Shown piece after piece: positions 1 through 9,136 of a stretch of 64,000 nt of DNA; the first letter of the stretch is position 1, and every line of letters starts with the position of its first letter. Below the pieces are notes generated by a model, which was not told the DNA's origin, searched no databases, and was given only the letters and a program-made list of their open reading frames with translations. The stretch is from Armatimonadota bacterium (lineage in GTDB: Bacteria > Armatimonadota > UBA5829 > DTLH01), in contig JBDKSP010000011.1 in assembly GCA_039680575.1 (NCBI GenBank), positions 1 to 64,000 of the forward strand, read 5' to 3'. Position numbers and translations under genes: made by a program.

Positions 1-81
1 CTATAGAGTTTCAGGAGATAAAGTAACAGCCTTACAGTTATATAAACAGTTCTCTGATATAGCTTTATCTGTTGATTTTAC

Positions 82-140
82 ACTTACACCTGAAACTCTT
101 CCGGAAGATTTTCGGCAACAGCCAATATATGATTGGCCGT
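82..140 (+). promoter_or_regulatory. Copy A of a dispersed conserved upstream motif (CCTGAAACTCTTCCGGAAGATTTTCGGCAAC), function unknown
   Basis: Close copies at 50251-50305 (+) and 45670-45730 (-). All three are intergenic and point toward a downstream gene. Confidence 0.5.
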
Positions 141-169
141 TAATTAATCAGCCGAAAATCTATAAAACA

Positions 170-1003
170 ATGAATGATGAAATCGTCGTAGATGTTAAGT
201 GCGTTGAGCATGTATATCCGGGTGGCGGCAGGGTCGACCTGTGCGGAATTGAGTTCAAGGTGATGCGGGGACAGCGCGTAGTCGTTCTGGGAGCGAACGG
301 GTCTGGAAAGAGCACGCTTCTCAAGCATGTGCTTGGTATATTGAAGCCGACGGATGGTGAAGTCTCGGTATTTGGCAGAGATCCAGCCAGGGAATATCCG
401 GAGATCAGATCGAGAATCGGCGCTGTCATGCAAAACGTGGATGAGCAGTTGATCGGTCCGACAGTCTTCGATGATGTCGCATTCAGCCCGCTCAATTTTG
501 GATTCTCTCCGGATGAGACCAGAGAACGTGTTGAGTCGACCCTGAAGAAACTCGGAATATATCACCTGCGTGACAGGTTGCCTCACTATCTCTCCGGCGG
601 GGAACGCAAAAAAGTAGCGCTTGCAGGCGCTCTCGTATTCGGTCCCGAGCTTCTGGTGATGGACGAACCGCTGGAAGGAGTCGACTACGCCAGCCGCCGT
701 GAGATCAGCGGTCTTCTAGAGCTACTTCACAGCGAAACGAACATGACAATGATCAGTACCACTCACGACATGGATGTAGCTACAGACCTGGCGGATGTCG
801 GATACGTTATCGCCCCGGGTGGGAGAGTTGAACTCTATGGTACCCTGAGTGAATTATTTTTCGAGCACGACACGAACTCCTACAATCTTGCGGTTCCTTC
901 GATAGTCAAGCTCATTAAGGAGTTGCGGAGTAGGGGAGTAGATATAAAACCAACACTAGACGAAGGTGTGTTCGTCCAGCAGTTACTGGACAGACTAAGT
1001 TAG
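170..1003 (+). CDS. cbiO: ECF-type Co/Ni transporter ATP-binding subunit (CbiO/NikO-like)
   Basis: Walker A GANGSGKS, Q-loop VMQNVDEQLIGPTVFDDVAF typical of CbiO/EcfA, LSGGE signature, Walker B LVMDEP, H-loop TTHD. Confidence 0.85.
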   Translation: MNDEIVVDVKCVEHVYPGGGRVDLCGIEFKVMRGQRVVVLGANGSGKSTLLKHVLGILKPTDGEVSVFGRDPAREYPEIRSRIGAVMQNVDEQLIGPTVFDDVAFSPLNFGFSPDETRERVESTLKKLGIYHLRDRLPHYLSGGERKKVALAGALVFGPELLVMDEPLEGVDYASRREISGLLELLHSETNMTMISTTHDMDVATDLADVGYVIAPGGRVELYGTLSELFFEHDTNSYNLAVPSIVKLIKELRSRGVDIKPTLDEGVFVQQLLDRLS

Positions 1004-1134
1004 TGGCTGATTAACCCGGTTTTTGATAAAGGTGTCATTCCAGCTGGAGATTAGTAAGGGTTCACTATTTCAAGAATTATATATCATACTGAACAGAGAG
1101 CAATCAGTATTCAGCCGTCAGCTATCAGTAAAGA

Positions 1135-1241
1135 CATCACCCTGAACAACCAGCACGTCACCCTGAACTTGGTTCAGGGTCCATTTTCTTCCTGGATGCT
1201 GAGTCAAGCTCAGCATGACGTAGTGATAGTTCAGCATGATG
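1135..1241. repeat. Palindromic REP-like element (CGTCA...TGACG), apparently nested in a second partial copy
   Basis: 1156-1220 reads CGTCA-CCCTGAAC ttg GTTCAGGG-TCCA..TGGA-TGCTGAG tcaag CTCAGCA-TGACG. It is flanked by half-copies CATCACCCTGAAC (1135-1147) and GTTCAGCATGATG (1229-1241). Confidence 0.65.
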
Positions 1242-1360
1242 CTATACTCATCAACTCTCCTGACTAACACGGCGTAGCGTGCTAGTTTTTTCGATAACTC
1301 GGCGCGCCGGGTGGGACACTGAACTCTTACGGAGATTACATAGACAACTGGCAAGTATGC

Positions 1361-1388
1361 GTGTTACTATACAATATAATCGTAACAC
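1361..1388 (+). promoter_or_regulatory. Putative NikR operator overlapping a -10 element
   Basis: Exact GTGTTA-N16-TAACAC inverted repeat, matching the NikR signal described for delta-proteobacteria. TATAAT (1375-1380) lies in the spacer. The site is 31 bp upstream of a metal-ABC operon. Confidence 0.7.
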
Positions 1389-1419
1389 TGCAGTGCGGTA
1401 GAAGGAAAGGAGCTGTTAG

Positions 1420-2775
1420 ATGAAAAAGAGCGCTGTTCAGTCCATAATAGTTGCGTTGATTGTTGCAGTAAGCGGCTCAATCTGTATGGCGGATTCGCTG
1501 TGGGACTATGAGGCCGTAGATTCGACCGGATTCGGAACTCACCCCGCAATAAGCTATCCTGAAACTGATCCTGCAAGCAAAATTGTTGTAGAAGGAGTGG
1601 CTTTGGCCGGTTCGAATGAGATTCTCGACCCTGCTTTGCAATACACAGTCTTCATTCAAGATGATACAAGCGACAGAGGCGGGATACAGGCTTGGAGCGG
1701 GAAGTTCCTTTATGGTGATACGATGTGGGCGCAACTGCGGACTACCGACTATATCGACTTTGCAGCCGGCGACCGCCTGCGTATAACAGGTCTCCTCGCA
1801 GACATGGGCAGAGGCAAGGTGGTTATAAACAATCGGGGACACGGCGGTGCGCCGTATCTCATTTGGCATGTGGATGTTATAGGGCACGCTGGACTTCCTG
1901 ACCCGGAACTGATTCCGACAGTCGCTAATTGCAATTATTTCGACTCGATGCGAGCCGATGGCGGCGAGCGTTACCAGACCCGCTACACAATGCTGCACGG
2001 CGTACAGATATCCGGCGGCGCATGGGGCAGCGGCAATCTACTTACCATCAATGATGGCACGGGCTCTGTTGGAATGTATCTCTCAGCTCAAGGTGACTTT
2101 AGCTCACATTCTCAGCCCAATGGTAAACTCAATGTAGTCGGTATATTCGATCAGGAGGACGATAATGTTTCTCCGTATACCGACGGTTATCGTATCTGGG
2201 TAAAAAGGTTCAGTGATATTGCTATTGCTCTCTCCGGGTGCCGTGAAGTAAGCAGCCGGAGGACGGGCGAGAGGGTTGCGCTTGTGAATAAGGTTGTCTC
2301 CAGAGTCTACGATGGCTGCTTCTTTATCCAGGACCCGGAGAGAGCCGGTGGTGTCAGGATCATAAGCAATCGTACATTCAACCCAGGCGATGTTGTCTGC
2401 GTACAGGGGCTTGTGGACTCAGTCAATGATGAAAATGGGATAAGTCCGACCTATCTATCGCTTAACACCAATGCGCAAATCAGCACAGATGCACCGAAGC
2501 CGGTATTTGTTACGAGTCCGACACTCTGGGGCGAGAGAGGGCTCGATGTCAACGGACTGCTTGTTCGCGTGTTTGTTAAGGTCGGCATAGATCAGGGTAA
2601 TGGCACGTACAGCCTCACTGATGATGACAGCAAGACTGTCTATGTCAAGACAAACGGCGTGGAAATGCCTGCTCCGGGTACAAATGCGATAATTACGGCT
2701 ATTGCGACGAAATCGGGCGGAATTCCGCTCCTGCTTCTTGCAAACAAACAGGACATTCAGTTTATCACGCCGTGA
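1420..2775 (+). CDS. Secreted protein with OB-fold-like repeats and a conserved C-terminal tail
   Basis: N-terminal signal peptide (MKK + hydrophobic stretch). FIQD..GG and GD.V.V.G patterns. C-terminal ~185 aa resemble the tail of 7639-9120. Confidence 0.7.
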   Translation: MKKSAVQSIIVALIVAVSGSICMADSLWDYEAVDSTGFGTHPAISYPETDPASKIVVEGVALAGSNEILDPALQYTVFIQDDTSDRGGIQAWSGKFLYGDTMWAQLRTTDYIDFAAGDRLRITGLLADMGRGKVVINNRGHGGAPYLIWHVDVIGHAGLPDPELIPTVANCNYFDSMRADGGERYQTRYTMLHGVQISGGAWGSGNLLTINDGTGSVGMYLSAQGDFSSHSQPNGKLNVVGIFDQEDDNVSPYTDGYRIWVKRFSDIAIALSGCREVSSRRTGERVALVNKVVSRVYDGCFFIQDPERAGGVRIISNRTFNPGDVVCVQGLVDSVNDENGISPTYLSLNTNAQISTDAPKPVFVTSPTLWGERGLDVNGLLVRVFVKVGIDQGNGTYSLTDDDSKTVYVKTNGVEMPAPGTNAIITAIATKSGGIPLLLLANKQDIQFITP

Positions 2776-3470
2776 TGCGTAACAGGATTGCCGACAGGAG
2801 TAAACGAGGGTTTACTCTCATAGAGCTTCTTGTTGTAATAGCTATAATATCGGTACTTGCGGCGATACTTTATCCGATTATTGTGCGGGCGACTTTGCGG
2901 GCAAAGGTCACTCGTGTCCACTCGGATTTGAAGCAAATTGCTATCGCTATCGATATGTATAATGAGGATTGCGGAGGGCTGCCGCCGGTGAGATCGTGCT
3001 GCTCGGGAAGCGCGAAGTGGGACTACTATGAAATTCCACAGGAGCTGTCCAGGATGCATTACCTGGCTATTCCCAGGATGTATGATCCGTTCAACCGGAC
3101 TTGCGGCGGCGACGACCGACTAGGCAGGACTTACAAATATGTCGCCATCAACTGGGGCTACTCGGGCATAACTTTCAATCCAAAAGCTCCGCCATGGTTT
3201 TCGATGTGGATCCCACGAGATTACCCAGTATGCAGAAAAGACTGCATCCTTTATTACAAATACGCAGGCCAGATATATGCCTATGATAACGGAAAGACCT
3301 ATCCCAAAACACCACCGATAATGTGGGCGGTCTGGAGCGTGGGGCCCGGCGGAGACCAGGGGTTAGTCGATACCGGCAACCGGATGCTGCCTCTTCCAAG
3401 GGACCAATGGTATCCGGTAAACGAAAACGGAGTGATTGCCAGATTCAGCGACGGCAGAAAATCACCTTAA
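2772..3470 (+). CDS. Prepilin-type N-terminal cleavage/methylation domain protein (pseudopilin-like)
   Basis: KRG/FTLIELLVVIAIISVLAAILYP class III signal, then SDLKQIAIAIDMY, YDPF and WSVGP. Start overlaps the upstream stop. Confidence 0.85.
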   Translation: MMRNRIADRSKRGFTLIELLVVIAIISVLAAILYPIIVRATLRAKVTRVHSDLKQIAIAIDMYNEDCGGLPPVRSCCSGSAKWDYYEIPQELSRMHYLAIPRMYDPFNRTCGGDDRLGRTYKYVAINWGYSGITFNPKAPPWFSMWIPRDYPVCRKDCILYYKYAGQIYAYDNGKTYPKTPPIMWAVWSVGPGGDQGLVDTGNRMLPLPRDQWYPVNENGVIARFSDGRKSP

Positions 3471-3482
3471 GGAGCTTACTAT

Positions 3483-4322
3483 ATGAGATTGAAAAAAATA
3501 CCTGCTGTACGGCTATGTGCAGCTTTGATAATGGTCTGGGCAATGGTCAGTTTGCCTGTGGAAGCAGCAGGCAGACTGAATGTGGTCGTCACAACCAGCC
3601 TTTTGCAGTCTGCGGTTAGAGAAATCGGTGGAAAGCATGTCAGCGTCAGTACCCTCATTCCACCCGGAAGCTGTCCGGGTCACTATGACATCTGTCCCCA
3701 GGATATCCGTAAGCTGTCATCTAGTAAGCTGGTCTTGACTCATGGATACGAAGGTTTTGTCGACAACATACTTAAATCCATGGGCAGGAACAAGCCGAAA
3801 CTTGTCAAAATCTCCACTTCAGGCAACTGGATGGTCCCGGATGTCTATGTTTGCGGTGCAAAGCGCGTTTGCGATGCGCTCTGTAAGGCCGACCCGAAGC
3901 ATTCCGCTGAATATCGAAAGTCGTTATCATCGCTCGAAACAAGGGCTAAAGGGCTGGCAGCCCAGTTACAGAAAGAATCGAAAACCGTGGGGACATCCAA
4001 GTTTGCAGTATTGTGTTCGGACCAGCAAAAAGCATTCATGAAATGGATGGGGTTCAAGGTAATTGGAACATACACCCGCGCGGAAGAGTTCACTCCAGCC
4101 GAGCTTCACAAACTAACTGCTGACGCTCGAAAGAAGCATGTAAAGCTCGTGATAGACAATCTCCAGAGCGGTCCGACAGCAGGTAAAGAGCTTGCGAAGG
4201 ACATCAGCGCAGCGCATGTAACACTATCCAACTTCCCGGGCGGTTTTGCCCGCACCGACACATGGAGCAAATGCCTTCAGGATAATGTAAACCGGCTGAT
4301 GAGGGGAATTCGGAAAAGATGA
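3483..4322 (+). CDS. Metal ABC transporter substrate-binding protein (ZnuA/TroA fold, atypical ligands)
   Basis: VVVTTS, LIPPGSCPGHYD, DP.HSAEY, TPAEL motifs. Upstream of an ATPase and a permease. Confidence 0.85.
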   Translation: MRLKKIPAVRLCAALIMVWAMVSLPVEAAGRLNVVVTTSLLQSAVREIGGKHVSVSTLIPPGSCPGHYDICPQDIRKLSSSKLVLTHGYEGFVDNILKSMGRNKPKLVKISTSGNWMVPDVYVCGAKRVCDALCKADPKHSAEYRKSLSSLETRAKGLAAQLQKESKTVGTSKFAVLCSDQQKAFMKWMGFKVIGTYTRAEEFTPAELHKLTADARKKHVKLVIDNLQSGPTAGKELAKDISAAHVTLSNFPGGFARTDTWSKCLQDNVNRLMRGIRKR

Positions 4323-5029
4323 TTACGCAGCATCCAGCGGTCAAGTTTGCAAATGTCTGCGCGGGGTATAAGGGCAGTCGTACGCTTAATGATATCACAT
4401 TGAGCATCGATACCGGGCAGATCATCGGTATTTCCGGTCCGAACGGCTCAGGTAAGACAACCCTCTTGAGAGTCATTCAGGGACTGATTCCGGTCAGTTC
4501 CGGTTCAGCGAGTGTACTGGGGCTGGATCTTGTCAGCGCAAGTTACAGAGAAATTCGCTGTAAGGCCGCCTGCGTGTACCAGACTCTGGATATCGATCCC
4601 AGAATGCCAATTACAGCAGGAGAGGTCGTCATGATGGGAAGATACGGCCGGCTGGGTCTGTTCAGACACCCGGGAAAGCCCGATAGAGATGCTGCAGCGC
4701 GAGCTTTGGAGCGTGTGGATGCCGTACATCTCTCATCAAGGCCGTTCGGGCAGCTCTCCGGCGGCGAGCAGCAGAGGATCAACCTGGCAAGAGCGCTTGC
4801 TCAGGAACCTAATCTTCTTCTCCTCGATGAACCGACCACTTTTCTGGACTCCGAATCTCAACGACGTGTAAGGAATATCGTAAAAAGCGTGCACCGCGAA
4901 ACCGGTCTGACCACGATAGTAGTCTCTCACGATGCAGAAATGCTCGCAGAATTGTGTGACCAGATCATCGTTATGAAACGCGGCTCGGTTGTCGATGTGA
5001 TTTCGTCGAAGGAGTTTGCCGATGCTTGA
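4319..5029 (+). CDS. Metal ABC transporter ATP-binding protein (ZnuC/MntA-like)
   Basis: GPNGSGKT, VMMGRYG, LSGGEQQR, LLLLDEP, VSHD. Confidence 0.9.
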   Translation: MITQHPAVKFANVCAGYKGSRTLNDITLSIDTGQIIGISGPNGSGKTTLLRVIQGLIPVSSGSASVLGLDLVSASYREIRCKAACVYQTLDIDPRMPITAGEVVMMGRYGRLGLFRHPGKPDRDAAARALERVDAVHLSSRPFGQLSGGEQQRINLARALAQEPNLLLLDEPTTFLDSESQRRVRNIVKSVHRETGLTTIVVSHDAEMLAELCDQIIVMKRGSVVDVISSKEFADA

Positions 5030-5858
5030 GATTCTAAATGATCCATTTCTACAGAGGGCAATACTTGCGACATTCTTTGCCGGGATTGCCTGTTCGGTAG
5101 TTGGCGTTCTGGTTGTCACGATGCGTATATCGTTTCTGGGTGTATGTATGAGCCATGCCGCCTTTGCGGGGGCGTTGTTTGGGCTGGTCATCAGTGCAAA
5201 TCCAATGTGGCTAGCTATTATCGCAAGCCTTGTCGCCGCTGGAGCGCTTGGCCCGCTTGCCGACCGAGGCGATTTCGCGCCGGATACGGCGATAGGGATA
5301 GTCTTTTCATCCGCGCTGGGAGTATCGTTCCTGCTGCTTTCGATAATCCCGGGTCCCAAGACCGAGGCGCTCGGTCTGTTATGGGGAAGCGTGCTCACCG
5401 TTACCACAGGAAGCCTCTACCTTCTTGCGGCGGTTGCAGCTGGTGCAGTGCTTCTTGTAAAGCTCTTTTTCAAGGAGATTCAGACGGTTATCTTCAATAG
5501 AGAGCTTGCAAAATCGCTCGGCCTGCCTGCGACATGGGTCTTCTACGGGATACTGGTCTTGAGCGGCCTCACCACGACCGCTTCGCTCAATGCCATAGGC
5601 GGTCTTTTGGTCTTCAGCCTGATAGTAAACCCGGCGGCAGCGGCTTACCAGCTCACATACAGTCTGAAAAGGATGTTTATAATTGCAGCAGCTTTTGGTG
5701 TAGCATCGGGATGGATAGGGCTTATGATTTCTTGGAAACTGAACCTGCCTACCGGAGCGCTCATAATACTTGCGTCATGCATGCTCTTTATTCTTGCGAA
5801 TGCACTCTCACCCAAGAGGCGCGTCCGGAAATCTACTGTAGAGGAAGGTGAAATATGA
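5022..5858 (+). CDS. Metal ABC transporter permease (ZnuB/MntB-like)
   Basis: FLQRA, MSHAAFAG, LLWGSVL, PAAAA motifs; multiple transmembrane segments. Confidence 0.9.
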   Translation: MLEILNDPFLQRAILATFFAGIACSVVGVLVVTMRISFLGVCMSHAAFAGALFGLVISANPMWLAIIASLVAAGALGPLADRGDFAPDTAIGIVFSSALGVSFLLLSIIPGPKTEALGLLWGSVLTVTTGSLYLLAAVAAGAVLLVKLFFKEIQTVIFNRELAKSLGLPATWVFYGILVLSGLTTTASLNAIGGLLVFSLIVNPAAAAYQLTYSLKRMFIIAAAFGVASGWIGLMISWKLNLPTGALIILASCMLFILANALSPKRRVRKSTVEEGEI

Positions 5859-6469
5859 TAAGTCAGGCAGAGTATTTCGACTCTTATGCCGACAGATGGG
5901 ACAGCATGGAGTGTGATGATATCCGCGTTCGGCTGGACTGCGTTGTTCGTACAGCAGGTATAAGACCTGGAATGGACATCCTCGATGTAGGTACCGGCAC
6001 GGGAGTCATCGTCCCTTGCTTGCTGAAAGCAATGAAGGGAATAGGCAGCATAAAGGCCATCGATATTTCCCAGGGTATGCTCCGAGTAGCCGGTTCCAAA
6101 GGTTTTCCTGATTGCGTGGAGTTTCAACTTGCTGATATAGAGGAGTTCTCTTGCCCGAACCATTCATACGACAGGGTGATATGCAATGCAGTCTTTCCTC
6201 ACTTCAATAATAAAGGCAAGGCGCTTTCCCGGATCTTGCGGATGCTTAAGCCCGGTGGAATGGTAGTCATATCGCACCCGACAGGCCGTGAATCCGTGAA
6301 CAAAGTACACAGCGAAGCCGGAGCGGTAGTGACAGAGGACAGAGTCCCGGATGCCGAAAAGATGCAGTCAATGCTGGAGCGCGCCGGGTATGTCGATGTC
6401 GAGGTTATCGATGAGCCTGAGTTCTACCTGGCTATCGGGCACACGAGAGATTCAGAGCAGCTTTTATAA
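5855..6469 (+). CDS. Class I SAM-dependent methyltransferase
   Basis: ILDVGTGTG motif I, IDIS, LKPGG. ATGA overlap with the permease stop. Confidence 0.85.
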   Translation: MISQAEYFDSYADRWDSMECDDIRVRLDCVVRTAGIRPGMDILDVGTGTGVIVPCLLKAMKGIGSIKAIDISQGMLRVAGSKGFPDCVEFQLADIEEFSCPNHSYDRVICNAVFPHFNNKGKALSRILRMLKPGGMVVISHPTGRESVNKVHSEAGAVVTEDRVPDAEKMQSMLERAGYVDVEVIDEPEFYLAIGHTRDSEQLL

Positions 6470-6510
6470 TTCCATAGCGCTTTACGGCGCAAATTTACCG
6501 GGCAAACATA

Positions 6511-6539
6511 TTGACTTACTACTGCGTTTGCGCCATAAT
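6511..6539 (+). promoter_or_regulatory. Sigma70-type promoter for the riboswitch operon
   Basis: TTGACT-N17-CATAAT just upstream of the cobalamin riboswitch. Confidence 0.6.
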
Positions 6540-6564
6540 ACACAAGATAAAATTGAATACTGTG

Positions 6565-6748
6565 CGGTCAGGTTTTCCGGATTGTTTCCGGGACTAAGAG
6601 GGAAGACGGTATGAAGCCGTCGCGGGCCCGCCGCTGTGATCGGGGACGAAACCGGTAATTGCCACTGCAGTGTCGACAAACTCATAGGACACTGCGGGAA
6701 GGGATCGGGAGTAGATTGATCCGAAAGCCAGAAGACCTGCCTGATTGC
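6565..6748 (+). ncRNA. Cobalamin (B12) riboswitch
   Basis: AAGAGGGAA..CGGT..AAGCCG..CCCGCCGCTGTGA, GCCACTG, GGGAAGG and the B12 box AGCCAGAAGACCTGCC occur in canonical order. P1 pairs TCAGG with CCTGA. Confidence 0.93.
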
Positions 6749-6777
6749 GGTTTATTTTCACATCTTCGGAGGCTGAG

Positions 6778-7617
6778 ATGCTGGAAGCAAGTGACGCAAC
6801 AGGCGTATTACGGGCTCCCGTCCAAACAATCCGAAATGGGCGAGGAGTCCGTTTCGGTTTATATGGTTTTTCACTCATAGAACTGCTGGTGGTAATAGCA
6901 ATCATCGCCATCCTCGCGGCAATACTTTTCCCTGTGTTCATCTCCGTCAAAGAGAAAGCTCGCCAGACTAAGTGCGCCTCAAATCTCAAGCAAATTGCCG
7001 CTGCATGGGTTATGTATACGGATGACAATGATGGCCGTGCCTGTCCATCCTATTACTCGTCTTCCGATGGCTGGGTCCGGTCCTGGGACTTCGATCTCAA
7101 GCAGACAGGAACCACTTCCATCTGGAAAGAGGGGCTTCTCGGCCCATATTGCAAGAGTGGAGAGATCAAGAGCTGTCCTTCGTTTCACGGCGGCAAATGG
7201 GACCGGCCATATACCGGCTACGCTTATAACGCAAGCTATATCGGTGGTGATATTACAGTCGACGGTAATGTTTATGTTGACGATTACACCGACCGACCGC
7301 ATACAGTTGCGCTTTTCAGTCAGATAAGGCATCCGTCAAAAACAGTCGTTTTTGCAGACAGCGGTTTCGGTAATCCCGTAAGCGCCCAGAACTACCTCCG
7401 CGCTCCCAGCGATGCGTATTTCCAGGCTGGAACTGTCCACTATCGGCACAATGGAGCTGCAACGGTTGCATATGCCGATGGACATGTCGTGGCAACTAGA
7501 GAGAACCATACCCACTACACCGATGTCCCCTGGTTGAGAATCAATCAAAAAGCGTTCGTCTGTCCGCCCGATACAGGCGGGCTTTCGGAAGATGATTCGG
7601 CCTATGATCTGGACTGA
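6778..7617 (+). CDS. Prepilin-type N-terminal / H-X9-DG (DUF1559-like) protein
   Basis: G/FSLIELLVVIAIIAILAAILFPVF, CASNLKQI, CPS, YAYN and the C-terminal HNGAATVAYADGHV (H-X9-DG). GGAGG precedes ATG 6778. Confidence 0.88.
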   Translation: MLEASDATGVLRAPVQTIRNGRGVRFGLYGFSLIELLVVIAIIAILAAILFPVFISVKEKARQTKCASNLKQIAAAWVMYTDDNDGRACPSYYSSSDGWVRSWDFDLKQTGTTSIWKEGLLGPYCKSGEIKSCPSFHGGKWDRPYTGYAYNASYIGGDITVDGNVYVDDYTDRPHTVALFSQIRHPSKTVVFADSGFGNPVSAQNYLRAPSDAYFQAGTVHYRHNGAATVAYADGHVVATRENHTHYTDVPWLRINQKAFVCPPDTGGLSEDDSAYDLD

Positions 7618-7638
7618 AAAGACAAGGAGGAAAAGCAA

Positions 7639-9120
7639 ATGAAATACCGGTTTACAAACCTGGCTGCTGCATTGCTAATTGGAATTGTTTTGAGCAGCTG
7701 CGCAGCGGCTAATGATTGGTGGGCTTCCGAGGTGGTGAGCTATTCGCGCCTCGGAAACAGCCCCTACGACAATCCACTCGCTGTACTCGGCAAGCCGTCA
7801 ACATGGATGAACAGCTCTGGTTCTCCAAATGATACCTATCCATGTGCAGTCTCGATGGTCAGCGCAGCGTGGAATGTGGGACTTACGGGCGAAAAACTCA
7901 TAACAACAATCAAGACGAAGAGTTCGACCTTGCCCGCCGGTCAGATCACGGTAAAGTTCGCCGCACCGATCTACGACGACCCGCAGAACTGGTACGGCAA
8001 GGACTTCATTGCCTTTGGTAATGGTTTCTTCAACTTTGGTGGCTCGTATGTATACAGTTCCACTGATATGGACAGCTTGCCCATCTACGCATACAGCGAG
8101 CAGTCCGGCTTCTGGGAACCGATGCCCGTGAGCGTCAGCCAGGACGGCGTCACATGGTATTCGTTCGCCAATGGTCCCTATGCTGACGATTATGCTCCGA
8201 CTCAGGCATTTGCCTGGGACTGGGTGGAAAACAGGTGGCTCAAAAACAGCGCAGGCACAGAAGTCGAACTAGAATTCACCCGTCCGGTCGATCCGAGTCT
8301 GACTGTCACGAGCTTCAACCAAAAGTCTGTCGCTCAAGGGATCGATCTATACAAAGGTTCCGGCGGAGGAACTGCTTTCGACCTGGAAGACTTACCGGAT
8401 TTACCAGCGGACCCTGGGACGGGACTGAAGTGGATTCAGTATGTCAAAGTCGATGGGACAGGCGGAGAAGTGGATGCTTTTGCACGAGTAAGCCATCAAA
8501 TTGCTCCAATTTCCATCGGAGAAGCAAAGAAACTCGATGATGGGACAAACATTGTGCTCAGTGATGTCGTTGTATCCTCCGAAACATACGCGACCGGTCG
8601 GTCCTGCTATATTCAGCAGGCAGACAGGTCCAGCGGCATCAAGCTGATGGGAAGAATACTCGGCAAAGGGCAAAAACTAAGCGCTGTATATGGCAAAACA
8701 GACACAATCGGCGGCGAGCGAGTGATCCTGGCGACATCCGTCCTCGCTGAAGCGGACGAACAGGGTAATAACATCACTGCCGATGTGAGGCCACTCGGTA
8801 TGACTAATAATGTGGCCGCCGGGACGGGACTCAGCACCAAAGGGCTCCTGGTACGGACCTGCGGCAGAGTAAAGTCGGTCGATTCCAACGCGAAGTCGTT
8901 TGTTGTCGGTGATGGTTCCAACCACGAGATCAAGTGCCTTGCGCCAAGGAACACCAAAGCCGCCGAACCGAACAATGGTCTGATACCGGACCCTGACTTC
9001 GTTCTGCCAGGAGAGGATGATTTCGTCGTAGTCACCGGAATAAACTCCAGCGAAAACACTGACAATCAACAGGTCTCAATCATCATGCTCCGCAGCAGCG
9101 ATGATATGCAGATAAAATAA
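7639..9120 (+). CDS. Secreted/surface protein with an OB-fold-like C-terminal tail, B12-regulated
   Basis: Signal peptide; N-terminal WASEVVSY..P.AVLG.P and VSQDG.TWY domain; C-terminal tail similar to that of 1420-2775. AAGGAGG RBS. Confidence 0.7.
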   Translation: MKYRFTNLAAALLIGIVLSSCAAANDWWASEVVSYSRLGNSPYDNPLAVLGKPSTWMNSSGSPNDTYPCAVSMVSAAWNVGLTGEKLITTIKTKSSTLPAGQITVKFAAPIYDDPQNWYGKDFIAFGNGFFNFGGSYVYSSTDMDSLPIYAYSEQSGFWEPMPVSVSQDGVTWYSFANGPYADDYAPTQAFAWDWVENRWLKNSAGTEVELEFTRPVDPSLTVTSFNQKSVAQGIDLYKGSGGGTAFDLEDLPDLPADPGTGLKWIQYVKVDGTGGEVDAFARVSHQIAPISIGEAKKLDDGTNIVLSDVVVSSETYATGRSCYIQQADRSSGIKLMGRILGKGQKLSAVYGKTDTIGGERVILATSVLAEADEQGNNITADVRPLGMTNNVAAGTGLSTKGLLVRTCGRVKSVDSNAKSFVVGDGSNHEIKCLAPRNTKAAEPNNGLIPDPDFVLPGEDDFVVVTGINSSENTDNQQVSIIMLRSSDDMQIK

Positions 9121-9136
9121 TCAGAAGGAGAAAAGA

